Source: Candidatus Bathyarchaeota archaeon (GTDB lineage Archaea; Thermoproteota; Bathyarchaeia; 40CM-2-53-6). From it: a DNA stretch of 19,727 nt. Location of the stretch: positions 1 to 19,727 of the forward strand of contig CAWHWX010000021.1 in assembly GCA_963833125.1 (NCBI GenBank), in the 5' to 3' direction. Every line of letters starts with the position of its first letter. Positions within the stretch are counted from its first letter, which is position 1. The translations under genes and the position numbers were made by a program. The notes beneath the pieces were generated by a model. That model worked only from the letters and a program-made list of their open reading frames with translations. It did no database searches and was not told the origin of the DNA. Of the stretch, positions 16,971 to 19,727 are shown in pieces.

Positions 16971-19551
16971 AATTGTTCACCTCCAGCCTGGTCTGTTGGA
17001 TTGGAAGTTTCATCGTGAATGTCGTCCCCTTTCCGACTGTGCTCTGAAAGGAAATAGAGCCGCCATGGGCTTCTGTAATGCGTCTGCAGATTGGCAGCCC
17101 CAGCCCAATTCCCTTCGCCTTCGTCGTGTGTAATGGTGTCCAAATCTTCTCGACCATGTCCTGGGAGATTCCAACCCCTGTGTCGCGAATGGATATCGAT
17201 ACCTCTTTTTGTGTGTTTATGCTGGAGATGGACAGTTTTCCTCCTTCCGGCATTGCGTCAATAGCGTTTTGAATAAGGTTGGCAAGTACACGTTCAATCT
17301 TGGGAACGTCGACAAGAATCTCTGGGGTGTCCGTCGTCGTATCCTCTATCATAACGTTCTGTGGAACCTTGATGCCCTTGAACGTCTGTGCTACGATCGA
17401 TTTCGGTGTGGCGGGTAGTAGTTGGAGTTGCATTTCTCTTGAAAACTCCAACAGGTCGTTGACGATTCCATTTGCGTACTGAACTCCGTTGTCTATTACC
17501 TCTAGCATCTCGTTCGTGGAAGGATCGATGGAATCGCGGAAGTGCCTTCTTATGTTGTAAGCGGCACCGGCTATACCTTGGAGAGGGTTACGTAGGTCAT
17601 GACCAACCATTCCCGCGGTTTCTCCAATCGCCGCGAACCGCTGCGATTTAACAAGCTGCGCTTCCAACCGTTTCTGGGGAGTCAAATCGACTAGGCAGAA
17701 CAGAACTTTACCGAGCGATTGCTCGTAACCCGGAACCACAGCAGAAATCAGGTTGCAATGCTTCGTTTCGCCGAGCAGCGTTCTGATTTCGACTTCTGCT
17801 TCAAAATACTGCTTGCCTTTGGCCAACGCGACTATATCGCCCAAAAATTCTTGATTCGAGCCTGGTGTGAAGATGCGGCTTACCCGTTCGCCTCCGATAA
17901 TTTCATCCGCCGACTTCGCGCCGTAGAGATCTAGCGTAGCTTTGTTCACGTTGACAACTCGGATGAGTGTAGAGCATTTGGCGAGGTCCTTCGGATGGTT
18001 AGCGAAGTGATCGTCAAAATCGGAAACGCCTCTTTGTCGTAATTCATCTAAGAATTGTTTGACTTCAGTGAGGTCGTCCTCCCACAGCGATATCGGGGAG
18101 GCTTCGAACAACTCACGGTACCTCTCCTCACTTCCTCGTAGTTCGGCCTCCAATCGTTTCTGGGGAGTCAAATCGACTATACAGATCAGGACCTTAGCGA
18201 GTGACTGCTCGTAACCAGGAATGACACAGCATATCACGTCACAATGCTTCGTCTCGCCTTGCAGCGTTCTGTTGTCCATTTCTGCCTCATAGTACGGCTT
18301 GCCTTGAGCCAACGCAACGAGTTCGCCTGAGAATCGTTTCCGATTTGATTCCTCTGTCAAGACGCCGCTTAAACCTCCGAGAATCTCATCTATCGACTTG
18401 GCCCCGTAGAGGTTTAAGGTCGCTTTATTCACGTTGACGACCTTCACCATTGCAAGACATTTGTCAACGTCACCAGGGTTGTTAGAGAAGTAGTCGCCAA
18501 ACTCTGTAACTCCCTTTTGCCGTAATTCATTGAAGAATTTTTTCACGGCGGAGAAGTCTTCCTCCCAGAGTGATATCGGGCAAGCCTCAAACAGCTCACG
18601 GTACTTCCCCTCGCTTTCGCGAAGCTCCCTGGTTCTCTCAGCCATCAACTCCTCTAGATGCTGTGAGTACTTTTTCAGTTCCTCTTCCAACCGTTTACGG
18701 TCTGTGATGTCGCGGTTTAGGCCCGCAATACCTATGATGTCCCCGTTATCGTTTCGCAATGGTACCTTAGTTGTCAGGAGCCATCGCGTTTTGCCCTCCG
18801 GGTCTATCGTGCGTTCTTCTCTGTTAAGCAGAGGTTTGCCTGATCGAATCACCTCCTGTTCATCGTCGTAGTAGCTTGTTGCTAGTTCTCGCGGGAAAAA
18901 TTCGAAATCCGTCCTTCCAATTACATCGTCGGGTGTTTTGGTCCGCAAGAGGCGCGAATCCGCAAGGTTGCAAATCAAGAATCGGCTGTGAATGTCTTTG
19001 ACAAAAATGTTGTCGGGGAGATTGTCGATCAGCGTCCGCAATACCGTCCGTTCATGCACTAGTTTCTGCTCCATTCGTTTGCGTTCGGTGACGTCACGGA
19101 GTATTCCTTCATGGTAAATGATGTTTCCCTCCTCATCGTGAACATAACGGCCATGGTCTTCTACCCAAATCTCAGAACCATCCTTCCGACGCATACGGTA
19201 CGCCTCCACTTCTTCTTGCCCAGTGTCCAGAATGTGACTTCCACGTTCTTCGGGCGAGAAATACAATTCCTTCTTGATGTCCATAATGGACAACACTTCC
19301 TGTTTACTCGCGTATCCGAACATCTTCACAAAAGCAGGGTTGACGTCGACGAATCGACCCTGGTGCGTGCTGCGATATACTCCATCTAGCATCTGGTCGA
19401 AGAGGGAACGGTATCGTTCTTCTGACTGACGAAGCTTCTCTTCTGTTTTCTTGACGCGTTCAAATTTCTCTGGCAGCCGTTGCGCCTTGATCGGTCTGCC
19501 CTTGGCTAGGTTTCTTTTCTTCGCTTTTTCTTTCTTTTTCTTAATCAACAC
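16963..19551 (-). CDS. Cytoplasmic multi-PAS sensor histidine kinase
   Basis: Four PAS/PAC modules. H-box VGHDLRNPL, N-box NLIQNAIDAM, G1 DTGVGI, G2 GIGLGL. No TM segment. Confidence 0.95.
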   Translation of the reverse strand: MLIKKKKEKAKKRNLAKGRPIKAQRLPEKFERVKKTEEKLRQSEERYRSLFDQMLDGVYRSTHQGRFVDVNPAFVKMFGYASKQEVLSIMDIKKELYFSPEERGSHILDTGQEEVEAYRMRRKDGSEIWVEDHGRYVHDEEGNIIYHEGILRDVTERKRMEQKLVHERTVLRTLIDNLPDNIFVKDIHSRFLICNLADSRLLRTKTPDDVIGRTDFEFFPRELATSYYDDEQEVIRSGKPLLNREERTIDPEGKTRWLLTTKVPLRNDNGDIIGIAGLNRDITDRKRLEEELKKYSQHLEELMAERTRELRESEGKYRELFEACPISLWEEDFSAVKKFFNELRQKGVTEFGDYFSNNPGDVDKCLAMVKVVNVNKATLNLYGAKSIDEILGGLSGVLTEESNRKRFSGELVALAQGKPYYEAEMDNRTLQGETKHCDVICCVIPGYEQSLAKVLICIVDLTPQKRLEAELRGSEERYRELFEASPISLWEDDLTEVKQFLDELRQRGVSDFDDHFANHPKDLAKCSTLIRVVNVNKATLDLYGAKSADEIIGGERVSRIFTPGSNQEFLGDIVALAKGKQYFEAEVEIRTLLGETKHCNLISAVVPGYEQSLGKVLFCLVDLTPQKRLEAQLVKSQRFAAIGETAGMVGHDLRNPLQGIAGAAYNIRRHFRDSIDPSTNEMLEVIDNGVQYANGIVNDLLEFSREMQLQLLPATPKSIVAQTFKGIKVPQNVMIEDTTTDTPEILVDVPKIERVLANLIQNAIDAMPEGGKLSISSINTQKEVSISIRDTGVGISQDMVEKIWTPLHTTKAKGIGLGLPICRRITEAHGGSISFQSTVGKGTTFTMKLPIQQTRLEVNNYE
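17659..18603 (-). repeat. Internal tandem duplication of a ~160-aa PAS module in the kinase
   Basis: Copies at 18603-18145 and 18120-17659 (period 483 nt), both YRELFEA.PISLWE.D...VDLTPQKRLEA. They share the identical 25-mer cgtttctggggagtcaaatcgacta. Confidence 0.9.
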
Positions 19552-19726
19552 ATTTGCCTAACTCCTTCGACTGAGATGTCTTCAACTTCTTCGCCTCGTC
19601 AACATGTTCCAGGAAAGTGCGGTCCGGATTATCTGTGAACTCGAGCTCCAACTTGAAGTAGAATTGCTTGGCGATGGCTTTGGTTATGGTCTCTTTGCCG
19701 CGAACGCCAAAAATCTGCTCTAGCGC
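19541..19726 (-). CDS. C-terminal part of a DUF3227/NitrOD5-like small protein (truncated by the window edge)
   Basis: Read manually: ...ALEQIFGVRGKETITKAIAKQFYFKLELEFTDNPDRTFLEHVDEAKK...CVD*. The stop overlaps the kinase start. It resembles small domains found next to archaeal two-component genes; the family is recalled, not searched. Confidence 0.6.
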   Translation of the reverse strand, partial: ALEQIFGVRGKETITKAIAKQFYFKLELEFTDNPDRTFLEHVDEAKKLKTSQSKELGKCVD

Positions 19727-19727
19727 A

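Noticed and set aside
5612-19389. Many short ORFs antisense or out of frame to ychF, metK, valS, PGI/PMI and the kinase
   Set aside because: They are shadow ORFs within well-supported genes and have no recognisable motifs.
1-19727. CRISPR array, rRNA or IS element
   Set aside because: No regularly spaced repeats, rRNA-like sequence, or transposase with terminal inverted repeats were seen.

Overview
Archaeal chromosomal DNA, probably TACK and most like Bathyarchaeia (inferred from BHB-intron tRNAs, archease, crenarchaeal-type SSB, PGI/PMI, bacterial-type MetK and a DUF3227-like/PAS kinase/receiver cluster). The left ~4.8 kb holds small accessory genes (VIT1/CCC1, COG2426-like membrane protein, PPOX/F420-type oxidoreductase, VOC protein, tandem RHH protein). 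A housekeeping block follows (YchF, HTH-CBS regulator, metK, CPBP protease, valS, SSB, surface protein, archease, PGI/PMI), then a two-component operon. The standout is invisible in the ORF track. The minus strand at 4858-5090 folds into a complete 77-nt tRNA-Trp(CCA) only after removing five BHB-type introns (10/11, 28/29, 37/38, 45/46, 59/60). Its 37/38 intron also appears to carry a C/D-box guide aimed at the tRNA's own C34 and C39. A tRNA-Ser(TGA) with two introns lies head-to-head with archease. At least seven CDSs have single-base frameshifts, most likely long-read indel errors, so single-base details should be checked against reads.
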